DNA of 64,000 nucleotides from Candidatus Omnitrophota bacterium (GCA_043808095.1 JAZDFF010000015.1:2015-66014); one strand, 5' to 3'; numbered from the stretch's first letter, positions 1 to 10,232 are shown. A program made the numbers and translations. The notes: generated from the letters alone by a model not told the origin.

Positions 1-161
1 CGAATATTATCTTATTAATGCCTTTTAAGTTAACTTTAAGATTAATCCTTTTAGCTAAATCCAAGGCATCGAGACATTGCCGAGGAAATCCATTTAGAGA
101 CTCGAGCATCCCTGATTTATCTAATGCGCGAATTTTCTTAATATTATCGAGGATTTTTGTG

Positions 162-1904
162 CTAAGCATGATTTAATAATTCTTTAAGCCTCTTACGCGT
201 GTATTCCTCAACTTCCGTACCGGTGGACAGGGTAAGCGCCTGTTTTGCAATTCCCTGGGCCTCTTTCATGGTTACTGATCTAACCACGTGTTTAATCTTG
301 GGAACTAAAGAAGGTGAGACGCTAAACTCATCCAGTCCTAGCCCTAAAAGCAAAAGCGCCAACTCCGGTTCACCGGCCATCTCTCCGCACATCCCTACGC
401 AAACTCCTGCCTGGTGGCCTGCATCAATAATATTTTTGATCAGTCTTAAAACTGCCGGATGGGCCGGCTCATAAAGATAGGCGATTTTTTCGTTGGTGCG
501 GTCAACCGCAAGTGAATACTGAATAAGGTCATTTGTACCGATGCTGAAAAAATTCGCCTCTTCTGCCAGGATATCACAGATCATTGCCGCCGAAGGCACC
601 TCGATCATCGCCCCGACCTGGATATCTTCATCAAAGGGTTTGCCCTCTTTTCTTAATTCTCCCTTGGCCTCATCTAATAAGGCGTTTGCCTGCTGCAATT
701 CCTCTAATCCCGAAATCATCGGATACATTATCTTTATTTCTCCGGCTGCCGAGGCACGCAGTATAGCGCGCAGTTGCGTCTTAAAGATATCCGGACGTGC
801 TAAACAGAACCTGATTGCCCGCCAGCCTAAAAACGGCAACATATCCCGCGGCACACTGAGACTTGATAAGAATTTATCCCCTCCCAAATCGATAGTGCGG
901 ATAATAACAGAATGAGGGGAAATCTTCTCGATAACTGCCTTATAGGCAGCGAAATGTTCTTCTTCGCTGGGCAGATCCTTCCTATTCATATAAAAGTATT
1001 CCGTCCGATACAGGCCGATTCCTTCGGCACCGTATTCGATAACAGAAGGGATCTCCTCGGGTAATTCGATATTAGCCGCAAGTTTCACTTTCTTGCCGTC
1101 TTTAGTTTGGGCGGCTAAATCTTTTAGATTCGAATATATTTTAGAAAGATCCTGGAATTTGTATTCTTCCAGGCGGTAGGCCTCTACAGTATTTTCATCG
1201 GGATTAATAACTACTATGCCCTGGCTCCCGTCGACTATGAGTAAATCACCGGACCTGATTCTTACTGTGGCATTCTCAACACCTACCACTGCCGGGATTT
1301 CAAGGCTCTTGGCCATAATCGCCGTATGCGAAGTCCGACCGCCGATGTCCGTAGCAAAGGCAAGAACACTTTTCTTATACATCGATGCTGTATCCGACGG
1401 AGAAAGATCATGGGCGACTATGATTATCCCCTCGCCTAAGGCCTCAAATCCCTTAGGGGCCTTTCCTAAAAGATGCTGCAGGACGCGCCTTCCTACATCG
1501 CTAATATCTGCCACCCTTTCTCTTAAGTACTCGTCTTCTATTTTAGAAAATACCTGGATATATTTTTTAAGCGCCTCGGAAAATACATACTCCACAGACA
1601 ATCTTTCTCTTTTAATGCGCGAGATTATCTCATCGATGAGCATGCGGTCTTCAATAACCAATAAATGTGCTTCAAATATCTGGGCCTCATCAACGCCCAT
1701 CTCTTGCGAAATCTTTTTCTGGATTTCTAAAATCTCGTGGCGCGTATCGATTAAGGCCTCTTCAAGCCGTGCGATCTCAAGGGGTACCTGGTCGTCGGCG
1801 ATCTCCTTTCTGGGTACAATAAATTCCTCTTTTGGCTTTAAGACAAAGGCCTTGCCAATTGCTACGCCTGGAGCCGCCGGTATCCCTTTTAATTGTTCGT
1901 TCAT
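162..1904 (-). CDS. ptsI: Phosphoenolpyruvate-protein phosphotransferase (PTS Enzyme I)
   Basis: 580 aa. Has the PEP-utilising enzyme signature GGRTSHTAIMAKSLEIPAVVGV, an N-terminal HPr-binding domain and a C-terminal PEP-binding TIM barrel (MCGEMAG). Confidence 0.9.
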   Translation of the reverse strand: MNEQLKGIPAAPGVAIGKAFVLKPKEEFIVPRKEIADDQVPLEIARLEEALIDTRHEILEIQKKISQEMGVDEAQIFEAHLLVIEDRMLIDEIISRIKRERLSVEYVFSEALKKYIQVFSKIEDEYLRERVADISDVGRRVLQHLLGKAPKGFEALGEGIIIVAHDLSPSDTASMYKKSVLAFATDIGGRTSHTAIMAKSLEIPAVVGVENATVRIRSGDLLIVDGSQGIVVINPDENTVEAYRLEEYKFQDLSKIYSNLKDLAAQTKDGKKVKLAANIELPEEIPSVIEYGAEGIGLYRTEYFYMNRKDLPSEEEHFAAYKAVIEKISPHSVIIRTIDLGGDKFLSSLSVPRDMLPFLGWRAIRFCLARPDIFKTQLRAILRASAAGEIKIMYPMISGLEELQQANALLDEAKGELRKEGKPFDEDIQVGAMIEVPSAAMICDILAEEANFFSIGTNDLIQYSLAVDRTNEKIAYLYEPAHPAVLRLIKNIIDAGHQAGVCVGMCGEMAGEPELALLLLGLGLDEFSVSPSLVPKIKHVVRSVTMKEAQGIAKQALTLSTGTEVEEYTRKRLKELLNHA

Positions 1905-1953
1905 ATCTTTATGGGTTTAAAAAACTATTTTTTAGCACAAATTCTCACGAATC

Positions 1954-1973
1954 CCTGCCTGCCGGCAGGCAGG
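1954..1973. repeat. 20-bp perfect palindrome cctgcctgccggcaggcagg (copy 1 of 3, inverted relative to the other two; flanked by cggatttt / gattcg)
   Basis: Read directly in the sequence. Lies in the ptsH-ptsI intergenic leader. Confidence 0.7.
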
Positions 1974-2074
1974 AAAATCCGAATTTACACAGATTATTCA
2001 CAGACGCAATTCGTGCAGATTCGATAAAAATTCGTGTGGATTTGTGTGAAATTATGTCTTTTCCAGAAATTTCT

Positions 2075-2341
2075 CTATAATTCCTCTTTACTGACTAAAT
2101 TCTCTAATTCTTTGACCGCCTCGTCAGCATCCTCGCCTTGGGCTATAATTTGAATGTAACTGCCTTTTTCTACAGCAAGCATCAATATGCCCATAATAGA
2201 TTTGCCATTTACTTCCTCATTGTCTTTTTTTACCGCTATGGCAGAGTCAAATTTATTGGCCAGTTGTACAAACAAGGCCGCGGGCCTGGCATGTAAACCC
2301 TGTTTATTTTTTATAATGACTTTTTTGCTAAGTGTTGGCAT
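2075..2341 (-). CDS. ptsH: Phosphocarrier protein HPr
   Basis: MPTLSKKVIIKNKQGLHARPAA... has the His15 region GLHARPA. The true start is probably the internal Met giving ~88 aa, since the ORF-track 5' extension is Cys/Ile-rich junk. Confidence 0.85.
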   Translation of the reverse strand: MPTLSKKVIIKNKQGLHARPAALFVQLANKFDSAIAVKKDNEEVNGKSIMGILMLAVEKGSYIQIIAQGEDADEAVKELENLVSKEEL

Positions 2342-2572
2342 TTTATTGATAATGGCAAAACTAATGGAACACAAATGAACACTGATTACACACAAATAAA
2401 CACGAATTTATCGTTGGAATTTATTCGTGAGAATTCGTGTGTCCCGAATGAAGCAATTGCTTATGTTTAGCTTCAGGATCCCGAAGTGATTCTTAAGAAA
2501 TCACTACATTCGGGGCAATTTGTGAGAATTCGTGCATTGGTTATGCAAAGATTAATAGTTAACTGAAAAATA

Positions 2573-3043
2573 TTAAATCTTTCTCTCGTCTTCCTGGGTG
2601 ATAATCTTAATGATAGCCTTATCGTCTTTTGCGCCTTTTAGGCTTTCCCTGAAATATCTATCCTTTAAAAGGCGGGATATGCGTGCCAACGCCTTTAAAT
2701 GAGGCCCTGCAGAATCTGTGGACGCCAACAAAAGAAAAAAGATGTATACGGGCTCTCCATCTAAGGAATCGAAGTCAACCCCCTTCTGAGATATACCGCA
2801 TGCGCCCACCAGCTTCTGGACGCAATCAGTCTTGCCGTGGGGAATGCCTACGCCTTGTCCTATGGCCGTAGAGCCTAGCGCCTCTCGCGCAAGAAGGGTA
2901 TCGACGATTTTAGCCTTATCTCTTTTTTCGATCTCACCGGCATTGATAAGAAGATCTGCGAGTTCTCTGATTATCTCTTCTTTATTTGTGCCTTTTAGAT
3001 CTGCAGATATTGCCTTTTTACTCAAGAAATCCATCATCAACAT
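2573..3043 (-). CDS. ptsN: PTS EIIA, fructose/nitrogen-regulatory type (EIIA-Ntr-like)
   Basis: 156 aa with a GQGVGIPHGK active-site His motif typical of the EIIA(Fru/Ntr) family. No EIIB/C permease is nearby, so this is a regulatory PTS. Confidence 0.75.
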   Translation of the reverse strand: MLMMDFLSKKAISADLKGTNKEEIIRELADLLINAGEIEKRDKAKIVDTLLAREALGSTAIGQGVGIPHGKTDCVQKLVGACGISQKGVDFDSLDGEPVYIFFLLLASTDSAGPHLKALARISRLLKDRYFRESLKGAKDDKAIIKIITQEDERKI

Positions 3044-3100
3044 TTGCTGCCTCCCCTTTGTTTTATGATAAACATGCTTAAATTTTATTTGATTCTAAAG

Positions 3101-3173
3101 AGCGGCGGATGGGATTTGAACCCACGCCATCCTGCTTGGCAAGCAGGCATTCTAGCCACTGAATTACCGCCGC
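3101..3173 (-). tRNA. tRNA-Gly (anticodon GCC)
   Basis: Manual fold of the reverse complement gives GCGGCGG acceptor, AUUC/GAAU D-stem, CCUGC-UUGCCAA-GCAGG anticodon arm, GUGGG-UUCAAAU-CCCAU T-arm and discriminator U. CCA is not encoded. Confidence 0.8.
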
Positions 3174-3558
3174 ATGACTTCTATTGCCATATTGCTAAAT
3201 TGTCAACGCTTCGTATACCCCGATGGCAAGCATCGGGGCTTGTTTTCTGAATATTCAGTTCTTCTTGGGCATCCTCAGTGTTGACACTGAGAGCGACAAG
3301 CCCTTGCTTTTCTTTTGTGCCTTCGGCACATCGGCTCTTAAGTCCCCAAGGTCAAGCCTTGGGACTTGTCGCCGAATGTGTCAAATTGATAACTTTAAAC
3401 AATACAGCAGTTTAACAGTTTAACAATATGAAAATTCTTTATGGGCGGAAGAGGATTTTCCCGCTACAATAAGTTATTAGCTTGTTGGCGGGATCCCGAA
3501 GATATTCTTACGAAGTTTCTGCATTCGGGAGAACCTTCTTTCGCTATTTAGTCATTCT

Positions 3559-3640
3559 TGCGGACGGAGGGAATTGAACCCCCATGAGTTTCCCCATATG
3601 GTCCTAAGCCATACGCGTCTGCCAGTTCCGCCACGTCCGC
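3559..3640 (-). tRNA. tRNA-Leu (anticodon UAG), long variable arm
   Basis: Reverse complement folds with GCGGACG acceptor, 3-bp D-stem, UAUGG-CUUAGGA-CCAUA anticodon arm, long variable arm and GGGGG-UUCAAUU-CCCUC T-arm. 82 nt. Confidence 0.75.
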
Positions 3641-3717
3641 GCTAAATCTGCTGTCCCTCGCAGACAACTTTTGCACCGTCTCTACTCGGGATTAAAATTT
3701 TATTTCTAAAATTTTAA

Positions 3718-3790
3718 TGAGCCACCCGCGGCTCGAACGCGGCACACCCACCTTAAAAGGGTGGTGCTCTACCAGATGAGCTAGTGGCCC
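3718..3790 (-). tRNA. tRNA-Lys (anticodon UUU)
   Basis: Reverse complement gives GGGCCAC acceptor (one G-U pair), CCACC-CUUUUAA-GGUGG anticodon arm and GCCGCG-UUCGAGC-CGCGG T-arm. 73 nt. Confidence 0.75.
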
Positions 3791-3885
3791 TGAAATTTTA
3801 CAAAGTAAAATTTCACCCCGAGGCTCTGCATCTTATTCATTTGAGCCGAGGGGTAAATCTTAGTTTAAAGTTTTAAGTCAAAGGT

Positions 3886-4446
3886 TTAGAATTTAATTAT
3901 CTCTTCTTCTTTTTCTTTTAAAAGAGAATCAATCTTCTCAATGTACTTATCCGTAATCTTCTGGACCTCATCCTGATATCGGAAGCGGTCATCCTCGGTG
4001 ATCGCAGAGTCCTTCTCTAGTTTTCTTATTGCTTCAATAGCGTCCCGCCGGATCGTCCTTAAAGAGACCCTGCCTTCTTCGGCCATCTTATGCACAACTT
4101 TCACTAACTCCTCGCGTCTTTCTTTAGATAAAGGCGGCACTGCTAATCTTATCACTTTTCCGTCATTAGCGGGGTTTATGCCTAGATTAGAAGCCAGAAT
4201 CTTTTTTTCTATCTCGCCTAAGACTGTAACATCCCAGGGCTGGATTACAATGAGATGGGCATCTGGGGCAGAAATTGACGCTACCTGCTTTAAAGGAAGA
4301 TGCGAGCCGTAATACTCCACATGCAGGCCTTCTACAAGAGTAGGAGATGCCCGGCCAGTACGAATCTCCGAAAATTCCCTCCGAGTCGACTCCAAGGCCT
4401 TTTTCATATTTTCTTCTGAATGACTCATCAATTCTTTTATATTCAT
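3886..4446 (-). CDS. frr: Ribosome recycling factor
   Basis: 186 aa. ...EIRTGRASPTLVEGLHVEYYGSHLPLKQVASISAPD... is the canonical RRF sequence. Confidence 0.9.
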   Translation of the reverse strand: MNIKELMSHSEENMKKALESTRREFSEIRTGRASPTLVEGLHVEYYGSHLPLKQVASISAPDAHLIVIQPWDVTVLGEIEKKILASNLGINPANDGKVIRLAVPPLSKERREELVKVVHKMAEEGRVSLRTIRRDAIEAIRKLEKDSAITEDDRFRYQDEVQKITDKYIEKIDSLLKEKEEEIIKF

Positions 4447-4498
4447 TTTGGCACCTCAATTTTTTATTCTAAAAACCTGGAAAAAAGAATGATGGTTC

Positions 4499-5218
4499 TT
4501 ATTTTACTGTTGTCCCGATATGCTCTCCCAGGATGACCCGTTTGATATTTCCAGGTAGGTTGAGATTAAAGACAATTATAGGCAGACGATTATCCATACA
4601 AAGGCTAATCGACGTAGCATCCATTACCTTGAGGCCTTTTTTAAGCACCTCTATGTATCTAAGGCTATTAAATTTCTTGGCTGACCTATATTTAAGCGGG
4701 TCTCTAGAGTATACCCCGTCTACTTTGGTTGCCTTTAAAATAACATCTGCCTTTATCTCCATAGCCCTAAGGGCTGCAGCAGTATCCGTGGTAAAATAAG
4801 GATTACCTGTCCCGGCGACAAATATAACCACACGGCCTTTTTCTAAATGCCGAAGAGCCCTTCGCCTGATATATGGCTCAGCCACCTCATGCATCTCGAT
4901 GGCCGTCAGTACTCTTGTGGGAACACCAAGTCTCTCTAGTGTATCCTGTAGGGCCAGGCCATTTATTACTGTGGCCAGCATCCCCATATAGTCCGCAACA
5001 GAGCGGTCCATGCCTTCGTCGACTTCGCCTTCTTGACCGCGGAAGATATTGCCCCCTCCCACAACCACTGCCACCTGTACGCCTAAGTGGATTATCTCTT
5101 TAATCTGGGTGGCGATAGAACGGCAGGTCTTATAATCAATGCCGTAATTTTTCTCGCCCTGCAGCGCCTCGCCGCTCAACTTTAAGACAACTCTTTTATA
5201 TCTGGGTTTTTTTGTCAT
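4499..5218 (-). CDS. pyrH: UMP kinase
   Basis: 239 aa. VLKLSGEAL... and [11 protein letters not shown] are amino-acid kinase family motifs. Sits in the conserved rpsB-tsf-pyrH-frr order. Confidence 0.9.
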   Translation of the reverse strand: MTKKPRYKRVVLKLSGEALQGEKNYGIDYKTCRSIATQIKEIIHLGVQVAVVVGGGNIFRGQEGEVDEGMDRSVADYMGMLATVINGLALQDTLERLGVPTRVLTAIEMHEVAEPYIRRRALRHLEKGRVVIFVAGTGNPYFTTDTAAALRAMEIKADVILKATKVDGVYSRDPLKYRSAKKFNSLRYIEVLKKGLKVMDATSISLCMDNRLPIIVFNLNLPGNIKRVILGEHIGTTVK

Positions 5219-5364
5219 TATTAAAAATGATTCCTGAGATTAATTTAGATTACAGTGATTAAATACCTGTAATCGGTTTTTCCGCCATAATGCTTTGGCG
5301 GACCCGCCAATCTTTGTGGCGGGAAAAATCACTGTAATCAAATCCAATATTTTTTTCAACCAGA

Positions 5365-5892
5365 CTACTCCTGGCCTAATTGAAAACGAGCAAACCTTCT
5401 GATAACAATATTTTCTCCGGTTTTAGCGATTAAGGCATGCAGCCTGTCTCTTATCTTAAGACTCTGGTCTTTGATGAAAGGCTGCTCCAGTAAACAATGC
5501 GTCTGGTAAAATCTTTCGGCATCCGTCTCTTTGCCGAGCAGATCCTTCGGGACATCTTCTTGTTTTATATACTGGGGATTCATGGCAACTATCTGCATAA
5601 CCACTTCTTTGGCAAAATTGATAAATTCGTCCGTCTTAGCCACAAAATCAGTCTGGCAGTTAATCTCAACCATGGCGCCGAGTTTTGCGCCCATATGAAT
5701 ATAGGATTCGACTCTTCCTTGTTTAGCCACGAGATCCTGTTTCTTTTTCGCAGTCTCAAGGCCCTTTTTACGCAAAACCTCTATAGCCTTCTCAATATTT
5801 CCTTTTGTTTCCTTAAGGGCGCTGCGGCAATCATTCACCCCGACGCCAGTAAGATTGCGCAGTTCTTTAATTAATTCTACAGATATCTCCAT
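5365..5892 (-). CDS. tsf: Elongation factor Ts (short form)
   Basis: MEISVELIKELRNLTGVGVNDCRSALKETKG is the classic EF-Ts N-terminal UBA-like domain. The start is moved to the internal Met to remove a 41-nt overlap with rpsB. Confidence 0.85.
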   Translation of the reverse strand: MEISVELIKELRNLTGVGVNDCRSALKETKGNIEKAIEVLRKKGLETAKKKQDLVAKQGRVESYIHMGAKLGAMVEINCQTDFVAKTDEFINFAKEVVMQIVAMNPQYIKQEDVPKDLLGKETDAERFYQTHCLLEQPFIKDQSLKIRDRLHALIAKTGENIVIRRFARFQLGQE

Positions 5893-5896
5893 AGAT

Positions 5897-6775
5897 TCAA
5901 ACCTCTTCTTTGGATTTAGGATTGACTTTCTTGACATGAGGCTTTGCCTTTGCGGGTTTCGCCTCTTCCAATACCTCTGTTTCCAATTTCTCTAACTTAA
6001 CATCCAGTTCAATGGGCTTTAACTCTACTGCCCCTTCTTTTTCTTCTTGCGCCTTCACCCGGATCTCTTCTTTCACCTGCAGGTTATCAAGAAATCTTTT
6101 TCTTCCTGCAACAAGGCTGTCGCTTACCAAAGAGGTAATAGTCTGGATGGATTTTATGGCATCATCATTGCCGGGTATGGGATAGTCAATACCTTCAGGA
6201 TTACAATTGGTATCAATTAATGCCACAACCGGAATCTTAAGGCGCCTCGCCTCAAAGATCGCCGTCTTTTCTTTATTGGGATCAACGACATAAATGGCCG
6301 AAGGTAAATTCTCCATATCCAAGATACCAGCAAAACTCCTTCTTAGGCGTTCCATCTCTTTGGTCAGGCTGGAGACCTCTTTTTTAGCAAGAACCTCAAA
6401 TAGACCGTCCGCTTGCATCTTCTTAATCTCTTTGTAGCGATTGATAGATTTTTTTATGGTCTTAAAATTGGTCATCATCCCGCCAACCCATCTCTGGTCA
6501 ATATAAAACATATTTGCTTTTTTGGCAGCCTCTCTTATTATATCCTGGGCCTGTCTCTTGGTGCCTACTAATAATACCTTGCTCCCGCTTGCAGCTAAAT
6601 CCTCTAAGAAAACTCTCGCCTTGTTTAAAGATATCACGGTCTTTTCAAGATCTATGATATAAATCCCGCTTTTTTCCCCAAAAACATAGTCCTTCATCTT
6701 GGGATTCCAGCGTTTCTTTTGGTGTCCAAAGTGAACCCCTGCCGCCAGCAGTTGTTTTAGTAATTCTGTAGCCAA
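5897..6775 (-). CDS. rpsB: 30S ribosomal protein S2
   Basis: LLAAGVHFGHQKKRWNPKM motif. The likely true start is TTG (M-ATELLKQLL...) 5 nt downstream of a GGAGGTG Shine-Dalgarno. The ORF-track N-terminal extension is probably not translated. Confidence 0.85.
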   Translation of the reverse strand: MATELLKQLLAAGVHFGHQKKRWNPKMKDYVFGEKSGIYIIDLEKTVISLNKARVFLEDLAASGSKVLLVGTKRQAQDIIREAAKKANMFYIDQRWVGGMMTNFKTIKKSINRYKEIKKMQADGLFEVLAKKEVSSLTKEMERLRRSFAGILDMENLPSAIYVVDPNKEKTAIFEARRLKIPVVALIDTNCNPEGIDYPIPGNDDAIKSIQTITSLVSDSLVAGRKRFLDNLQVKEEIRVKAQEEKEGAVELKPIELDVKLEKLETEVLEEAKPAKAKPHVKKVNPKSKEEV

Positions 6776-7079
6776 ATTTACACCTCCAATGTAAAGACTG
6801 TTGAAAAATAACCTCTGATACCGCAAAGACGCAAAAATCCGCCAAGACGCAAAAATATTATTATCAACATATTCTTTGCGCTTTTGCGGTAATTTTGCGT
6901 TTTAGCGGTGTAAATTCAATTATAAACAGCCTTATGTTGTAAGTTTTAGTTGCTTAATCCAAAATTGCCGATTTTAGTAATATACCTTATTTTATTTGGC
7001 TTGGCAAGTAATTTTTTAACGCAAAGGCGCAAAAAACCATCAAAGCGCTAAAAATACCTTACCGCAAAGACGCCCACCT

Positions 7080-7320
7080 TCGCTAAAGCTTCGGTGGGCA
7101 GTCCGCTGTAGCTGAAGGCGAAAGCACTTCAGCGAAGGCGGACGCAAAAGTACAGAAATAAATTTGCAGTTTTGCTGACTTTTGCGGTTTTGCGGTAATT
7201 TTGCGTCCTTCGATTACACTCAGGACGCAATCCTGAGCCCTTCGACTCGCTCGCCTCTGGCGAGCTCGCTCAGGGCGAATACTGAGCTTGTCGAAGTAGA
7301 GCACAGTCGAATGGATTGCG
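7080..7320. repeat. GC-rich, stem-loop-dense intergenic element (family copy 1) flanked by ACCGCAAAGACGC / TTTGCGGTAATTTTGCG inverted words
   Basis: Local GC is far above the ~35% background. Several hairpins are readable: gcccacc...ggtgggc, gctgaag...cttcagc, gcgtcc...ggacgc, gctcgcc-tct-ggcgagc. It shares cttcgc / agcttcgg / gcgaaggcgga words with 62580-62900. Confidence 0.45.
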
Positions 7321-7321
7321 A

Positions 7322-9109
7322 TTATTGCTCTAATTGCAGCTGATAAAGCCGCTGGTACAGGCCGCCTTTTTTAAGGAGCTCTTCGTGACTGCCTATTTCC
7401 TTAATCCTGCCTTTATCCATGACCACGATGCGGGTAGCGTTCCTTACCGTAGAAAGCCTATGTGCCACAATAAATACTGTGCGATTGGCGATTAAGGAAT
7501 CCAGGGCCTGTTGTACTATCTTCTCTGAGGCGCTGTCTAGTTGAGAGGTCGCTTCATCGAGGATAAGTATGGAAGGATCTTTTAAAAGGGCGCGGGCAAT
7601 GGCTATACGCTGCCTTTCTCCTCCTGATAACTTCATTCCCCTGTCACCGATAAGGGTATCATAGCCAAGCGGTAACTTAGAAATAAACTCATGGGCATAG
7701 GCCTTTTGGGCTGCCTCCATTATCTTACCGATAGAAACCTGGGGATTTCCATAGGCGATATTTGCCTTTATGGTGTCATTAAAAAGGATGGTCTCCTGAG
7801 TGACTATGCCTATCTCTCGTCTCAGGGATTTTAAGGTTACCTCTTTAAGATTAAAACCGTTGATTAAAATCTCTCCTTTTTGCGGGTCGTAAAAACGCGG
7901 TATCAGATCTACTAACGTGCTTTTTCCGACTCCGCTTGGCCCCACAATAGCAACTACCTCGCCGGCGTGTATCTCTAGGTCAATATCAGAAAGGACTTCT
8001 TCCTGTTCGTACCTGAAGGATACCCCCTTAAAGACTATGTCCTTATCAAATTTAGGCAGGGTATCCTCCGCGCCGGTTTCTACAACCTTGGGCTGAGTAT
8101 CCAATACCTCGTGGATGCGCCTTGAGGCTGCCAGGGCCTGCTGATTAATGGAATTTACCTGGCTTAATTTCTTAAACGGCCGGATTAACATTAAAAGACA
8201 GGCCAAAAAGAAAGAAAATGTCCCGAACGACATCCTGCCGGCAATAACCTCTCTACCTCCCCAGTAAAGCAGGAATACACCTATTATTGCTCCGATAAAT
8301 TCAGTGAGAGGCCCTAAAAAGAGATTGCGTTTTATCGATTTAATAGCAATTTTATAATAATCCTGGTTATTCCTGCCGAATTTCTCTATCTCGTAGTTTT
8401 CCATAGAGAATGCCTTGACGATCCTAACCCCTAAAATAGTCTCATATAAAAGAGAGCTTATATCAGCCATTTTAATCTGGGCCTTCTCAGAGAGTTTCCT
8501 TAGGATCTTGCCTACTTTTATGATCGGGAAACTTATTAAAGGTAATAAGATAAAACTAATAGCCGCTATCTTCCAATTGATATAAAATGCCCAGAAAGTA
8601 TAGAGGACCACTAAGGAGGACTGATAAACCAGGTCGGTTATGCCGTAAGAAACCGCATTCTCGACGAGCCTCACGTCGTTGGTTATCCTTGACATAATCT
8701 CTCCGCCTCTTTTATGGGTGAAATATTCCAAAGACAAGGACTGTATCTTTTTATATAGGGAATTACGGATATCCCTTACTACAAGCTGGCCGATATCAGA
8801 CATAAAATAACTATGAAAATAGGTGACAACTCCCTTAATAAGGATTAAGACGGGGATTACTATGACCATCAGCTTAATCATTTCAAGTGGGGCCAGGCCG
8901 TTTAAAAAGACTATCAAATTATTTAAAAAATCGGGTAATTTAACCGATACGACTATTGACCTATTGGAAAAGACCTTATCCAGTATGGGGATCATCATGG
9001 CTAATTGGATATTTTCCAAAAAGGCCGATAAGACCATAAAGACAATGGCCAGGTTGAATTCCGCCCGATGCGGCTTTACGAACTTAAGTAACCGGGAAAA
9101 TTCACTCAT
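7322..9109 (-). CDS. ABC transporter permease/ATP-binding protein, MsbA-like (lipid/lipid A exporter family)
   Basis: 595 aa. N-terminal 6-TM exporter domain, then Walker A GPSGVGKST, ABC signature LSGGERQRIAIARAL and Walker B ILILDEATS. Confidence 0.8.
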   Translation of the reverse strand: MSEFSRLLKFVKPHRAEFNLAIVFMVLSAFLENIQLAMMIPILDKVFSNRSIVVSVKLPDFLNNLIVFLNGLAPLEMIKLMVIVIPVLILIKGVVTYFHSYFMSDIGQLVVRDIRNSLYKKIQSLSLEYFTHKRGGEIMSRITNDVRLVENAVSYGITDLVYQSSLVVLYTFWAFYINWKIAAISFILLPLISFPIIKVGKILRKLSEKAQIKMADISSLLYETILGVRIVKAFSMENYEIEKFGRNNQDYYKIAIKSIKRNLFLGPLTEFIGAIIGVFLLYWGGREVIAGRMSFGTFSFFLACLLMLIRPFKKLSQVNSINQQALAASRRIHEVLDTQPKVVETGAEDTLPKFDKDIVFKGVSFRYEQEEVLSDIDLEIHAGEVVAIVGPSGVGKSTLVDLIPRFYDPQKGEILINGFNLKEVTLKSLRREIGIVTQETILFNDTIKANIAYGNPQVSIGKIMEAAQKAYAHEFISKLPLGYDTLIGDRGMKLSGGERQRIAIARALLKDPSILILDEATSQLDSASEKIVQQALDSLIANRTVFIVAHRLSTVRNATRIVVMDKGRIKEIGSHEELLKKGGLYQRLYQLQLEQ

Positions 9110-9287
9110 CCTCTTATAGCTCCTTTTAATATCCTAGCAATATTAAGCCTTATAATACTATCATATGCATTGACTTTTGTCTAATGTTTTGATACTATTA
9201 AACGCGAATACACGCGAATCTAACGCTAATGGTCGCGAATTTAGATATTAGCGTTAATTCGCGAAAGATCTAGCGAAAATTAGCGTT

Positions 9288-10232
9288 ATGGTAAAAAAAA
9301 TCCCAGTTGGAGTTATCGGAGTAGGCTATTTAGGGCTTCGGCATGCCCAGACTTATAAACAACTGCCCCAGGCCGAGCTTGTGGCTATCTCGGATATTGA
9401 TGAACATAGGCTTAAGGAGGCATCTTCAACTCTAAATGTAAATAGCATTAGCCAATACCGAACGCTATTTAGCAAGGTAAAGGCAGTCAGTATCGCCACC
9501 CCCACCATCACCCATTATGAAATCGCCAAAGACTGCCTTAGGCACGGAATTGACGTCCTCATTGAAAAACCCATTACCACTGGCCTTGTTGATGCTGCCT
9601 CATTAATCAAACTCGCCCAAAAAAACAAGCTCATCTTACAAGTCGGCCATGTTGAGAGATTTAACAGCGCTTTTTTGGCGGTCTCAAAAATAGCCAAACA
9701 CCCCCGTTTTATCGAATGTCACCGCTTAAGCCCGTTTCCCGGCAGGTCCCTGGATATCGGCGTGGTCGAAGACCTGATGATCCATGATATCGATATTATC
9801 CTGGGCCTGGTAAAATCCGAAATTAAAGAAATCTCTGCTGTGGGCGTAAATGTCCTGACGCCTTTTGAAGATATTGCCAATGCCCGGCTGGTCTTTAAGG
9901 ACGGCTGTGTCTGTAATCTGACCGCCAGCCGTATCAGCGACGAACCCATGCGTAAATTCAGGATTTTTTTAGAAGATACCTATATATCTTTGGATTACAA
10001 AAACCAGGCGGCGGATGTCTATAAAAAGATAGGCGGTAAAATTCATAAAACCCAGCTTCCTGTTGAAAAAGACCAGCACCCTCTGAAAAGAGAACTGCAT
10101 TCCTTTCTCGACTGTGTCGCCAGCCGTCAATGCCCCACGGTTTCCGGCATCGAGGCCTTTAAAGCGCTATCTGTAGCCTTAAAGATTAAAGAGAAGATCC
10201 GTCGGAATATCGAGAAATCTGGTAGAAAATAA
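9288..10232 (+). CDS. Gfo/Idh/MocA family NAD(P)-dependent oxidoreductase
   Basis: 314 aa with an N-terminal Rossmann fold (IPVGVIGVGYLGLRHA) and the family's EKP motif. Transcribed divergently from the MsbA-like gene and immediately upstream of lpxB. Confidence 0.75.
   Translation: MVKKIPVGVIGVGYLGLRHAQTYKQLPQAELVAISDIDEHRLKEASSTLNVNSISQYRTLFSKVKAVSIATPTITHYEIAKDCLRHGIDVLIEKPITTGLVDAASLIKLAQKNKLILQVGHVERFNSAFLAVSKIAKHPRFIECHRLSPFPGRSLDIGVVEDLMIHDIDIILGLVKSEIKEISAVGVNVLTPFEDIANARLVFKDGCVCNLTASRISDEPMRKFRIFLEDTYISLDYKNQAADVYKKIGGKIHKTQLPVEKDQHPLKRELHSFLDCVASRQCPTVSGIEAFKALSVALKIKEKIRRNIEKSGRK

Noticed and set aside
199-915. Plus-strand ORFs (91, 124, 60 aa) antisense to ptsI, and the many similar 60-130-aa plus-strand ORFs antisense to minus-strand genes throughout (e.g. 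1216..1920, 4873..5103, 5497..5874, 8823..9119, 23508..23780, 30838..31158, 32049..32453, 53854..54198)
   Set aside because: All are fully embedded antisense to well-supported genes, have no RBS and give low-complexity translations. They are shadow ORFs.
4187-4459. 90-aa minus-strand ORF overlapping frr in another frame
   Set aside because: Alternative frame of a conserved gene with no independent support.
6645-6845. 66-aa ORF overlapping the rpsB 5' region
   Set aside because: Out-of-frame overlap with rpsB and its SD region.
7083-7304. 73-aa ORF inside the GC-rich element
   Set aside because: Arg/Ala-rich low-complexity translation typical of a GC-rich non-coding frame. No RBS. It overlaps the hairpin-dense repeat.
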